Positions 11,898 to 40,537 of a stretch of 64,000 nt of DNA are shown here, one piece after another. Origin of the DNA: Heteronotia binoei (taxonomy: Eukaryota). Each line of letters starts with the position of its first letter. Within the stretch, counting starts at the first letter, position 1. The stretch covers positions 285,572,001 to 285,636,000 of the forward strand of contig NC_083223.1 in assembly GCF_032191835.1 (NCBI RefSeq), in the 5' to 3' direction. A program made the position numbers and the translations under genes. The notes below the pieces were generated by a model that searched no databases, was not told the DNA's origin, and saw only the letters and a program-made list of their open reading frames with translations.

Positions 11898-12149
11898 TCA
11901 AAGTGGCGAATCAGCAATCCCAACCCCCTAGAAATTTCTAACTCAAGCACAAGGGCCCCGCCAAACGGCCAGGCGAGACGCAGGTCAGCTTGGGGGGGGG
12001 GGGGCATCTATTTGTTGTCCAAAAGTGGATCTCGACTCCCTTCCCCCCACTGCAGAGACGACAAGCCGATGGGGACACAAGCGGGCTCTTAGCACCAAGG
12101 AAACCCTGCGGAGGTGGAGGTCAGGCCAGAAGAGCAGTGGGGCGGCCAG

Positions 12150-30373
<18,224 letters not shown>

Positions 30374-30909
30374 GGCCGGGCTCCTCGCTCGCTCTCCGCC
30401 CCGAAGGAAGGAAGGAAGGAAGAGCCCGCCGCCGCCGAGCGACGTCACAGCGCGCGCCGAGGGAGGTGGGCGGGGCTCCGGGCCTCGCGAGGACGGGGGG
30501 GCGGAAGGGCCCCTCCGCGCGGGAAAACTCGGCCTGAACTTTCGCGGCCCGCCAACATCCGGGGCTCTGGCGGCGCCGTGACGTCCTGCGAGGAGCGAGG
30601 AGGCGGGGCTGGCCTCCCCTCCGGCCACGCCCCCCTCCGGCGGCCATTTTAAGAGCTGCCCTAGGAAAGGCGCGCGCAAGGGCTGCCGGGAGCGGACTCG
30701 GATTCCCGGCGGGCGCCGCGCGGCCCAATGGCGGCATCCGGCGCGGCGCCCTCTGGGAGCGCGAGGTCCCTCCTTCCGCGGCCGCTGTGCAGGGCGGGAG
30801 GAGGACGGGGCGGCAGCCATTACTGGGAGCCCGAGCCAGGCCCGGCGGCGGAGCCCCTGCGGGCGGGCGGGCGGCGTTGCCATGGTGACCCCCGCGGCCT
30901 AGCGGCGCC
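30374..30909. promoter_or_regulatory. HDGF/PRCC bidirectional CpG-island promoter
   Basis: 536 bp between divergent ATGs, very CpG-rich. CRE-like GACGTCAC (30441) and GTGACGTC (30578), YY1-like CGGCCATTTT (30641), CCAAT (30725), X-box-like GTTGCCATGGTGAC (30876). Confidence 0.8.
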
Positions 30910-31023
30910 ATGTCCCTCGTGGCCTACGCCAGCAGCGAGGAGGAGGAGGGCGAGGAGGCGGCGCCCCCCAAGAAGCGCCCGCAGCCCGTCAGGATCGCCG
31001 CCCCGCACCTGCGCGCGCCCGGG
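30910..31023 (+). CDS. PRCC: PRCC exon 1 (38 codons)
   Basis: MSLVAYASSEEEEGEEAAPPKKRPQPVRIAAPHLRAPG|gtgagg. Confidence 0.9.
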
Positions 31024-34000
31024 GTGAGGCCTGCCTGCCGCCGGAGGGTGGGCTGGATGCCCCGGAGGCCCTTCCGCACTCACGCCCTTTCCTTCCTTCC
31101 TTCCTTCTCTTTCAGTCCGACTCCGAGGAGGAAGACGATGAGCCGGCCAAGAAGCAGCAGCCGCCCTTCCAGGTGCCTCCACCGGCCCTTCCCTGCCCTG
31201 CAAACAAGGGCAGCAGTTCTCATTCATTCACTCAGCCTTTCCCAGATGTCTGCCAAGGGAATCCATCCCTCAAAGGTCGCACGGCTGGTAACATCATTAG
31301 GGTTTGTGGAGTCTTTCGGGCTCAACTGGAGAAAGTTTCTCTTCCAGACGTTTCGTTCTCAGCTGCTGAGAACATCCTCAGGCGCTCTGACCTTCTTGGC
31401 TGCTGTGCATTGAGTCAGCTGCTCCGGCTGCAACGCCACTGAGGATGTTCTCCGCAGCTGAGAACGAAACGTCTGGAAGGGAAACTTTCTCCAGTTGAGC
31501 CCGAAAGATTCCACAAACCCTAAATCCATCCCTTCCTGGAAAAGCAGCCTTACTGAGTGGGAGGAGCTGCAGGATGGGGCTGCACGAAGTTGCCCAGTTC
31601 TTTGTCCAGGGCTTAGGTCCAGCTGTGGGGAGGGGGGTGGCTGAGTGGAAAGAAGAAGATGATGATACTGGATTTATACCCTGCCCTCCACTCCAAAGAG
31701 TCTCAGAGCAGCTCACAATCTCCCTTACCTTCTTCCCCCACAACAGACACCCTGTGAGGTAGATGAAGATATTGGATTTATATCCTGCCCTCCACTCCGA
31801 AGAGTCTCAGAGCGGCTCACAATCTCCTTTCCCTTCCTCCCCCACAACAGGCACCCTGTGAGGTAGATGAAGATATTGGATTTATATCCCGCCCTCCACT
31901 CCGAAGAGTCTCAGAGCGGCTCACAATCTCCTTTACCTTCTTCCCCCACAACAGACACCCTGTGAGGTAGATGAAGATATTGGATTTATATCCTGCCCTC
32001 CACTCCGAAGAGTCTCAGAGCGGCTCACAATCTCCTTTCCCTTCCTCCCCCACAACAGGCACCCTGTGAGGTAGATGAAGATATTGGATTTATATCCCGC
32101 CCTCCACTCCGAAGAGTCTCAGAGAGCCTCACAATCTCCTTTCCCTTCCTCCCCCACAACAGACACCCTGTGAGGTAGATGAAGATATTGGATTTATATC
32201 CCGCCCTCCACTCCAAAGAGTCTCAGAGCGGCTCGCAATCTCCTTTCCCTTCCTCCCCCACAACAGACACCCTGTGAGGTAGATGACGATATTGGATTTA
32301 TATCCCGCCCTCCACTCCGAAGAGTCTCAGAGCGGCTCACAATCTCCCTTACCTTCTTCCCCCACAACAGACACCCTGTGAGGTAGATGAAGATATTGGA
32401 TTTATATCCTGCCCTCCACTCCGAAGCGTCTCAGAGCAGCTCACAATCTCCCTTACCTTCTTCCCCCACAACAGACACCCTGTGAGCAGTGTTCCCTCTA
32501 AGCTGAGTTAGTGTGAACTAGCTCACAGATTTTTTAGCTCACACATTTTTGTCTTACCTCAGGAAGGATGACCCCAGAACACACTAATTTAATGCCAGTA
32601 GCTCACAAAGTAGGATTTTTGCTCACAAGACTCTGCAGCGTAGAGGGAACATTGCCTGTGAGATAGGTGGGACTGAGAGAGTTCTCCCAGAAGCTGCCCT
32701 TTCTGATCCAAGGCCATTTCAGCAGCTGCAAGTGGAGGAGCGGGAAATCAAACCTGGTTCTCCCAGATAAGAGTCTGCACGCTTAACCACTACACCAAAC
32801 AGGGATGCCTCACCCTGTCTTTTGGTCTTCTTTTCAGGGCCACAGTGAGGGATCTGGCTTGTCCGCGTTGCTTCCTCAGCCCAAAAACATGACGGTGAAG
32901 GAGACAAACCGGGTGCTTCTACCGTACGTTTTCTCAAAGAAAGCATCCGAGAGCCCCCCACAGGAGCAGGAGCCCAAACTGGCCAAAGTCCCAGGGTCTT
33001 CTTCCAGGCCCCCAAAGGCAGCCTCTGCTGTGGCCACGACAACTCCCTCTCCGTCCGCCATCAAGGCAGCAGCCAAGAGCGCCGCCCTGCAGGTGACCAA
33101 GCAGATCACCCAGGAGGAAAACGACAGCGACGAGGAGGTGGCTCCTGAGAACTACTTCTCCTTGTCGGAGCCCCCCACCCTCAGCCCGGAGCCTTTCACT
33201 TACCCAGGGGGCATCTTGCCGGATGACCTGCCCCCTGGGACGGAGCCATGCCTGGAGCCAGAGGGCCAGGATGCTGCGGCCAATGCCCCCCTGGAATTTA
33301 AGACTGGGCCAGGAGCCAGCCTGCAAGCTGCCCATGGGTGGGCACCGAAGCCTGGAGAAGACTACAGCAGCCAGCCGTATAGCCAGTATCCCGGCATCCC
33401 CAGCGGTTACTATCAGGTGAGAGCGCCACCGGTGGGCAGCAGCGTCTGGCATCCCCAGAGCCCGTCCTGAGAGGGCCTGCAGTCATCTGGGGGGGGGGAG
33501 GGGAGGATTAGCTTTTGGGAGCCAGTCCCCCTTCCAGCAGCTACCCAAAGAGTGCAGTCAGCTGGCAATTTCATACATGTGTGCATACATGTCTACCAAA
33601 AAAGCCCAACAGGAACTCATTTGCATATTAGGCCACACCCTCTGACATCACTAATGTGTTTTCTACAAAAAGCCCAGCATGAAGTTATTTGCATATTTGG
33701 CCACACCCCCTGACACCAAGCCAGCCAAAACTGTTCCTGCTCAAAAAAAAGCCCGGGATGTGGCTACAAACAAATATTGGTGGGGGAGGGGTGTGTGAGA
33801 AAAAGAGCGACTGTGAGAAGTGGTTACAAAAAGAGACTAGAACGGGGTAGCCAAACTTAATGTAAGAGCCGCATAGAATAAATGTCAGATGTTTGAGAGC
33901 TGCAAGGCATGAATGTCAGATGCTTGAGAGACACAAGACAGGAAGGAAGGGAAACAGATGGGGGAGAGGTGGAAAGAAACCAACTTTAAATTTAATGTAT

Positions 34001-37000
34001 TTTGCATTCCACCTCCAGGCTTGACATGGAGAAGTGAATTAAAGAGAGAAACGCCTTCTCCAAGCTGCCCTTGGGGTGGTCGAGGCTTCCAGAGCCCTCC
34101 AGTATGTGTGAAAGAGCCACACGTGGCTCCCGAGCTGCAGTTTGGCCCCTCCTGGCCTAGCAGGTCAAGCGATTCTGTGTGTTGCACCAGAAAGCCCTGG
34201 TTAGCAGCAGGGCGGGTTTTCCAAAGAGTGAACAGAACGGGTGAGGGAAATCCCTTCCAGGTGGGACTGGTTTTAAGGGAGATTCAGGTGGGCTGCCATG
34301 TTGGGCTGGAGCCGGAACAAAAAAGCGGCAGTCCCCTTCGGTCGGTCTGGAGCAGCAGGACAAAGCTGGAGTCTAATCAGGCGCCCTTAAAACATGCACA
34401 TTTTTATTCAAGGTTATGCTTTTGTATGTGTAGAAAAGCTTAGACTCAAAATTAAACTTTGTCCGTCTTCAAGCTGCTGCTGGACTCAAACTCCAAGATG
34501 GCCTACACGAGTGGGGTGGTGGAAAGTAACAGTGGCGGGGAGGCACCCCTTCAGGAAGGAAAAGGGGAAGGAGGCGGAACCACTGGCTTTGGGAGAGTTG
34601 CTCAGGTTTTTAGGGGCTCCTCCTTTTTGTCTTCTGCCAACAGGATTACTACAGTAGTGGCTACTATCCGGAATCTGGTGACCCAGCTGTGGAGGCCCCC
34701 CCGGAAGTGAGCAGCGACGTCTCCTCTTTCATGGACGATGAAGCGGTGAGTGGGGCTGGGCTGGGCTGGCTGCTAGAGCGAGGCTTGTCATCTTTCGCAC
34801 CAGGGCCAGCTGCAGTCATGTCGCCTGCCTGGAATCTTGACTGGCTGGCCAAGGATCGCTGTTTTTGCTCCAACTTAAATTAACTGTCTTGATGGTCCTT
34901 AATAGAGTAATGTTTAAAATGTTCCCACTACATTTGTTTTCCCTACACAGCCATTTTCTAAGCAGTGATATTGCTAACTGATGGATCACCTGGATGCGTC
35001 AGGGCCCAGGAATAAAAAGAAAACGGAGGGGGAAACTCCCCCCCTCCACCCACTTTTCCCTAAGGACTCCCCTCCCCCATTTTTGAGCAAGCCTGAAGGG
35101 GGGAAAACCCTCTGAGATCCTGAGAAGGGGGGCAGGAAGGGCTGCATCAGTGCCGAGTTCTCGTGACTCCTGAGGGAGCTAGATTGTCCTTTACGGGACA
35201 TCATAAATAGATCCCTCTTGGAGGGGCGCTTTCCATCATCCCTGAAAGAGGCTTTGGTCCGACCCCTCTTGAAAAAAAGTACAGCAGACCCGGCCGAATT
35301 GGCAAACTACTGACCGGTCTCTAATTTACCGTTTTTAGGTAAAATAATAGAGAGGGCAGTGGCGTCGCAGTTGCAGAGCTTTCTGGATGACGCTTCCATC
35401 CTAGACCTTTGCCAGTCCGGCTTTCGCCCGGGCTATGGGACGGAGACAGTACTGGTCGCCCTGGTAGATGATCTCCAACGGCACCTGGATCGGGGCGGTG
35501 TGGCGGTGCTGATGTTGCTAGATCTGTCGGCCGCGTTCGACACGGTCGACCTTCAGCTACTGACTCGCCGACATAGGGGTGAGGGGGTCTGCCTTACAGT
35601 GGCTCTCCTCCTTCCTCGAGAATCGGGGACAAAGGGTGGCTATTGGGGGCGAGCGGTCCCGGAGGCGCACACTGGACTGTGGAGTGCCCCAGGGGGCAGT
35701 TCTGTCACCAATGTTATTCAATATCTATATGCGCCCTCTTGCCCAGATTGCCAGGAGATATGGACTTGGGTGCCATCAATATGCAGATGACACCCAACTC
35801 TATCTACTGATGGACGGCCGGCCTGACTGCGTCCCTGAGAATTTAGACCGGGCCTTGCAGGATATGGCAACTTGGTTGAGGGGGAGTGGGCTGAAATTGA
35901 ATCCAGCGAAGACAGTAGTCCTTTGTCTGGGTCGGGGCGCTCGGGAAGGGGAAATACCTTTTCCGGTCTTCGACGGGGCGCCGCTGAAAGCGGCGCACCG
36001 GGTTAGGAGTCTGGGAGTTTTACTGGAGCCTTCATTATCAATGGAGGCCCAGATTGCAGCCACTGCCAAGTCAGCCTTTTTCCACCTAAGGCGGGCAAGG
36101 CAGTTGGCTCCCTTCCTAGAGCGCCAAGATCTGGCAACGGTACTTCACGCAACGGTCACCTCGAGACTGGATTACTGTAATGCCCTTTACATGGGGCTGC
36201 CTCTGTACCGAACCCGGAAGCTGCAGCTGGTGCAGAATGCAGCGGCTAGACTGTTGCTGGGGCTTCCTAAATGGGAGCACATACAGCCTGGACTGTGCGA
36301 GCTGCACTGGCTGCCAGTTATATATCGGGTTCGTTACAAAGTGCTGGTCATTACCTTTAAAGCCCTGTATGGTCGAGGACCTGTCTACCTTAGGGACCGT
36401 CTCTCCCCATATGAACCCCAGAGAGCACTGAGGTCAGCCGGAAAAAACTTGTTGACTACTCCGGGACCAAGAGAGGTGAAGCTGCAATGCACCCGCAACC
36501 GGGCCTTCTCCTCTGTAGCCCCGAGCCTATGGAACCAACTCCCAGAGGAAATGCGGGCCCTGCGGGATCTTGAAGAATTCCGCAGGGCCTGCAAGACCTT
36601 CCTCCTCAGACTGGCTTTCGCTGACGAGGAAAGAAATTGCTAATGATAACCGCCATCATAAAAGAACAATAGTATTAGCACTTTTATTAACTTAATTAAC
36701 TAATTTTTAAACTTAATCAGAATTTTAATGTTTAAATGTAATTTTGTTTTCTTTTGCTTTCCTTGTATAATTGAAATTTGTATGATGTTGTTAGCCGCCC
36801 TGAGCCTGCTCCAGCGGGGANNNNNNNNNNNNNNNNNNNNNNNNNNNNNNNNNNNNNNNNNNNNNNNNNNNNNNNNNNNNNNNNNNNNNNNNNNNNNNNN
36901 NNNNNNNNNNNNNNNNNNNNNNNNNNNNNNNNNNNNNNNNNNNNNNNNNNNNNNNNNNNNNNNNNNNNCTGGAAGTCTCAGACCAGGAAGGGCTTTCGAT

Positions 37001-39580
37001 TTGCAGGGTATTTGAGAGCCAGCTATTCCTCCAGGGCAGGGGGTGCTGCATGTCAAAGGAGGATTGGAGGAACCTTAGAACGAGAGAGCTATCTGCATCG
37101 CTTAGCCTTGGCATCTGCATGGAGCTTCCCTATGCAGGGAGGGGCAGCGTGCTGTCTGTCAGCTGCTGGTTTCCTGGGGCACGAGGAGGAGGAGGGCCTT
37201 CTGTGGTGTGAAGAAGCTGGCTGCTGGGGGAGACGGGCCCTCTTGGTCTCATCCAGCAGGGCTCTCCGGAGGTTTGGGCGGAGGGGTTTGTCCCACCCTC
37301 ACCGGAGCAGGAGCTGGAAGCTTCAGGACTAGCTGGGCTTCTCGCTGGGGGGCTGGAGGGGAGAGCAGTTGGGCTTCGCCCCAGGGCTGTGGGTGGGTGT
37401 TGCAGTGAGGGAGGCAGAGCTTTTCTGAGGTGGTCTCTGGGGCAGCCCTCGCTTCTGGAAGGCTGGTTGCCCTGCTTCAGTTGGGCATCTTGCCCTCTAG
37501 CCTGGGCCTTTCCCCCCTGCTGTGGTTCCTCCCAGCTCTTGGGGGCAGAGAAACGGAGTTGGGAAAGCGACTGGGGCAGCTGTTTCCGGAGGGGCTGTTT
37601 TGCCCTGTGCTGCTTCTGCTGCGCCCTCTGCCAGCTGCCCCTGGCTCGGGAGGATCAGAGGTTCCAGCTGGCCCGCTGGGCTTCTTTTCTCGGGTGCCAT
37701 CCCTCCAGGGGCAAAGGGGAGGGCTGTGGCCGCTTGGGCCTGCGGGGGAGGGGCGGCTCTTGACCGAGGGCAGTGCTGACTGTTCCTTTCTCCCCGGCGC
37801 AGTTCAAGCGCCTGCAGGGCAAACGGAACCGTGGGCGGGAAGAGATCAACTTTGTGGAGATCAAGGGGGACGACCAGCTGAGCGGAGCACAGCAGTGGCT
37901 GACCAAGTCCTTGACAGAGGAGCAGAACATGAAATCCTTCAGCAAGGTCAGCGGCAGCCAGCCCCGGCAAGGGTCAAACCTCCCGTGCTCCCCAGGAACG
38001 AATCTCCAAGGAGCTGGGGGTGGCTTCTGGCAGGCCTCTCTGCAGAGGAGCCCTCCCTCGCTCACCTCCCTTCCTTCCTTCTGCTCTAGAAAAAAGGTGA
38101 GCAGCCCACCGGGCAGCAGCGCAGGAAGCATCAGATCACGTACCTGATTCACCAGGTGAGGCTCTGCCACCCACTTCAGCTGCTTCCCCTGGGCCTGAGC
38201 GCAGCCTCTTGAGGGACTGGAGCCCTGCTGCTGGCGGGGGGTGGGAGGTGGAGCTGCAGAGGGAGGGGGCCATGGCTGAGCGGATGCCCAGTTCCCTCCA
38301 TTGGCCAAAACGGGCGGGGCTCGCATAGGAAGGGCAGGGCGGTTACTGGCCTGTGCCCGCCTCCTGCTCGGCCTGCCCCCTTGCTTGCGGCTGGAGGGGC
38401 TGTGTGGGCTGCTAGAGAAGAAGCCCTGTGGGGTCATGTGGAGAAATGCCATTTTGGGCCTGTGTTTGTCTGGGAGTTGGCTGGAGGAGTCTGTCAAACT
38501 GGGGTCAGGCTTCGGCCTAGTCTCTCCCTCCTCCCTTCCTGTCTGGAACCAGCAATTCTGGGGGGAGCCTCCTAGAGAGACAGGAAGTCCTTGAGGCCTG
38601 CCTCCCAGAATGATGCAAGAGGCAAACCAGTTCCTGGGCGGGAACTGGATTTTATACTGGAGATTTGGGGCAGGAAAAGAGACAGTTAAAAGCTGGCCGG
38701 CAGCTCAGCCTGGGAGTTCAGTGAGTGGAGGAGCTCTGGCCAGGCTGGCAGCAGTCGAAGTGATGGTCGGACAAGCATTACTGGTTTCTTCTGCTCCTTA
38801 TTTTAAAATGCCTGTACGGAGTTAAACCAAGGAGGTTTTATTCAGAACGTCAGCTTTCATGTGCTCTCTAAGCACACTTCATCAGAAGTGACTATACCCG
38901 ATCCCCTCGTCTGGTGAAGTGTGCTTAGAGAGCACATGAAAGCTGACATTCGGCATAACGCTTGGTTGGTCTTAAAGGTGGACCTTGACGCCTGCTTTGT
39001 TCAACTGCTTCAGACCAACACGGCTGCTGCCCGCTTGGATCTAGTTACAGCCTGTAAATAGATATTGTGTCTGGTTAAATTGGAGACCCTCTGTGCCCCC
39101 TAGTTCCCCCGACCACTTGGAATGCTAGGAATGGGTTGGGGAGTCCCTAGGATGGAGAGAAGTGGCACGGTGGCTGCTTGCCAAGTCTCCAGGGGAGCCC
39201 CAATAAGGGGCCCGAGTGCGTCTAGAGGGAGGTGAGGAGGCCGTCCCGCCTAACCAGAGCCCAGAGAGGGACAGTGGTGGCAACGACGACCCTGAGGCAG
39301 CAAAGGGGAACTGCGCTTTCAGGTTGGTGTACCGGGAAGGGCTGGGGCCAGCTAGCAGATCAGGTCAGGCCAGCAGCCCTTCCACTCCCCCTCACGCAGT
39401 GGCCAGCAGAGTCTAAAGGTGGGGGCTGCTGCTGTGTGTACGTTGCCCCGTGGAAGTTGTGTATCCGACCCCCGTCCCTCTTTTCCTGGGCAGGCCAAAG
39501 AGCGAGAGCTGGAGCTGAAGAACACATGGGCAGAGAACAAGCTCAGCAGGCGCCAGACCCAGGCCAAGTACGGCTTCTAG
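30910..39580 (+). CDS. PRCC: PRCC (proline-rich mitotic checkpoint control factor); exons 30910-31023, 31116-31172, 32838-33416, 34644-34745, 37803-37946, 38090-38155, 39494-39580; 382 aa
   Basis: MSLVAYASS start; SAIKAAAKSAALQVTKQITQEE; FKRLQGKRNRGREEINFVEIKGDDQLSGAQQW; ends ...NKLSRRQTQAKYGF*. All introns phase 0. Confidence 0.96.
31116..31172 (+). CDS. PRCC: PRCC exon 2 (57 nt)
   Basis: ctttcag|SDSEEEDDEPAKKQQPPFQ|gtgcct. Confidence 0.9.
31279..31523. mobile_element. Penelope-like remnant, same family: 85-bp inverted arms (31297-31381 / 31439-31523) around a 57-nt spacer
   Basis: 82/85 arm identity; same sequence as the 4709-4953 element minus a 13-nt deletion. Confidence 0.75.
31436..31476 (+). 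ncRNA. Minimal hammerhead ribozyme motif, sense to PRCC pre-mRNA (intron 2)
   Basis: Same 41-nt sequence as 4851-4891; predicted cut after 31473. Confidence 0.65.
31655..32800 (-). repeat. Squam3-like SINE with 8 tandem copies of its 104-bp 3' tail plus the MITE
   Basis: Units at ~31664, 31768, 31872, 31976, 32080, 32184, 32288, 32392. Confidence 0.9.
32487..32654. mobile_element. hAT-type MITE, same family, opposite orientation
   Basis: TIRs CAGTGTTCCCTCTA / TAGAGGGAACATTG; perfect 8-bp TSD cctgtgag (32479-32486 and 32655-32662). Confidence 0.8.
32838..33416 (+). CDS. PRCC: PRCC exon 3 (579 nt)
   Basis: ttttcag|GHSEGSGLSALLPQPKNMTVKETNRVLLP...GYYQ|gtgag. Confidence 0.96.
34285..34492. mobile_element. 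Old, degenerate Penelope-like terminal remnants
   Basis: Weak similarity, in both orientations, to the tail of the 38838-39045 family. Confidence 0.3.
34644..34745 (+). CDS. PRCC: PRCC exon 4 (102 nt)
   Basis: ccaacag|DYYSSGYYPESGDPAVEAPPEVSSDVSSFMDDEA|gtgag. Confidence 0.94.
35100..36820 (+). mobile_element. L2-clade LINE, 5'-truncated, RT region plus 3' UTR running into the gap
   Basis: LDLSAAFDTVD, GVPQGAVLSP, YADDTQLY, SRLDYCN, LQLVQNAAARL, LHWLP motifs. Premature TGA at 35311 (NY*PVS) and a frameshift near 35570. Confidence 0.9.
36821..36968. other. Assembly gap (148 N)
   Basis: N run. Confidence 1.
37803..37946 (+). CDS. PRCC: PRCC exon 5 (144 nt)
   Basis: gcgcag|FKRLQGKRNRGREE...NMKSFSK|gtcagc. 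Confidence 0.97.
38090..38155 (+). CDS. PRCC: PRCC exon 6 (66 nt)
   Basis: ctctag|KKGEQPTGQQRRKHQITYLIHQ|gtgag. Confidence 0.97.
38838..39045. mobile_element. Second Penelope-like family remnant with 38-bp inverted arms (38849-38886 / 38910-38947) carrying a degenerate hammerhead
   Basis: Minus arm reads CUGAUGA-A-GUGUGCU(uagag)AGCACAU-GAA-AGCU-G. Followed by a ttggtcttaaaggtg...cagaccaacacggctg tail. Confidence 0.6.
39494..39580 (+). CDS. PRCC: PRCC exon 7 coding part
   Basis: gggcag|AKERELELKNTWAENKLSRRQTQAKYGF*. Confidence 0.97.
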   Translation, partial: AKERELELKNTWAENKLSRRQTQAKYGF

Positions 39581-40531
39581 GCTGCCCTGCCTGTGCCCAG
39601 CGGGGCCCGGAGCCGCTCCTGAGGCTGAGGAGGGCGCTGGCGGTCGGCAGGCTGGAGGTGGCAGATGTCCATCGCCCGGGCGGCCTGCTTTCTCCACGGC
39701 CGGGGGGCTCCGGAAGGGCGTCTCTGCAGGGACTGTGGCGCGGCACAGCCGGCCTTGGGGTTTGAACTGTGGCGCGTGCTGTGCCGGCTGCCTGGCTTCC
39801 AGCTCCAAGTGGCCATCGGAACAGAAGAGGACTGGCCAGAGTGGAGGCCCCCCTGCCCCAGGGGTCTCTGGGAGGAGCGGTGGAGATGTGAGGCACTTGG
39901 CTCCCCTCCCCGCCCCCCCCCCCAAAAAGTGTTTTTGGGTTCACGTTCCAGGCCAAGCATCCCGCTTTGAGGAACAGTCTTGTTTTTGTAGAATAGCAGA
40001 CAGCAGCTTAACTCTCATTTCAGTTTTGGACACTTTTCTGACACCCTCCCGGTCCTCCATTTCGAGGTGGCAGCGTTGCTCTCGGAGGTGAATTCCCCCC
40101 AAAGCCATAGGACACAGCACTGGACAGAGGAGCAGCGGAGCCAGACTCTCCTTGCAGTGCATCCAGCGACTTGAGCACGCTCCCTCGCCTCTTCATTGGC
40201 CCTTCCTCCTCCCCCAAAGTACGCATCTGGGAGAAGGGGCCCTGGTTTCCTCACCTGCTGCTCCCCACCATGGTCAGGTGGGAGGGCCCCAGGTGCAGCC
40301 CGGGCCAGCAGCGGATAGGTGTGTGCCCACATGCTCTGCCTCCCTGTGCTGCTCTCCTGGCTGTGGTCTTCTTTGGGGGAGGGGGCATCACTCTTTGTGT
40401 CTCTCCAAGAAGGCTGCCCCCCTCCATTGTAGAGTTCCCGGGGGAGGGGGGCATGTTTTTTTTAAACAGCCAATTTCTAGTTTACTCCCGGACATTTTAG
40501 TGGGGAAAAATTTGTTTTTGAATATTCCAAA

Positions 40532-40537
40532 AATAAA
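40532..40537 (+). terminator. PRCC polyadenylation signal AATAAA
   Basis: AATAAA about 950 nt after the stop codon, in an AT-rich patch with a downstream U-rich tract. Confidence 0.65.
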
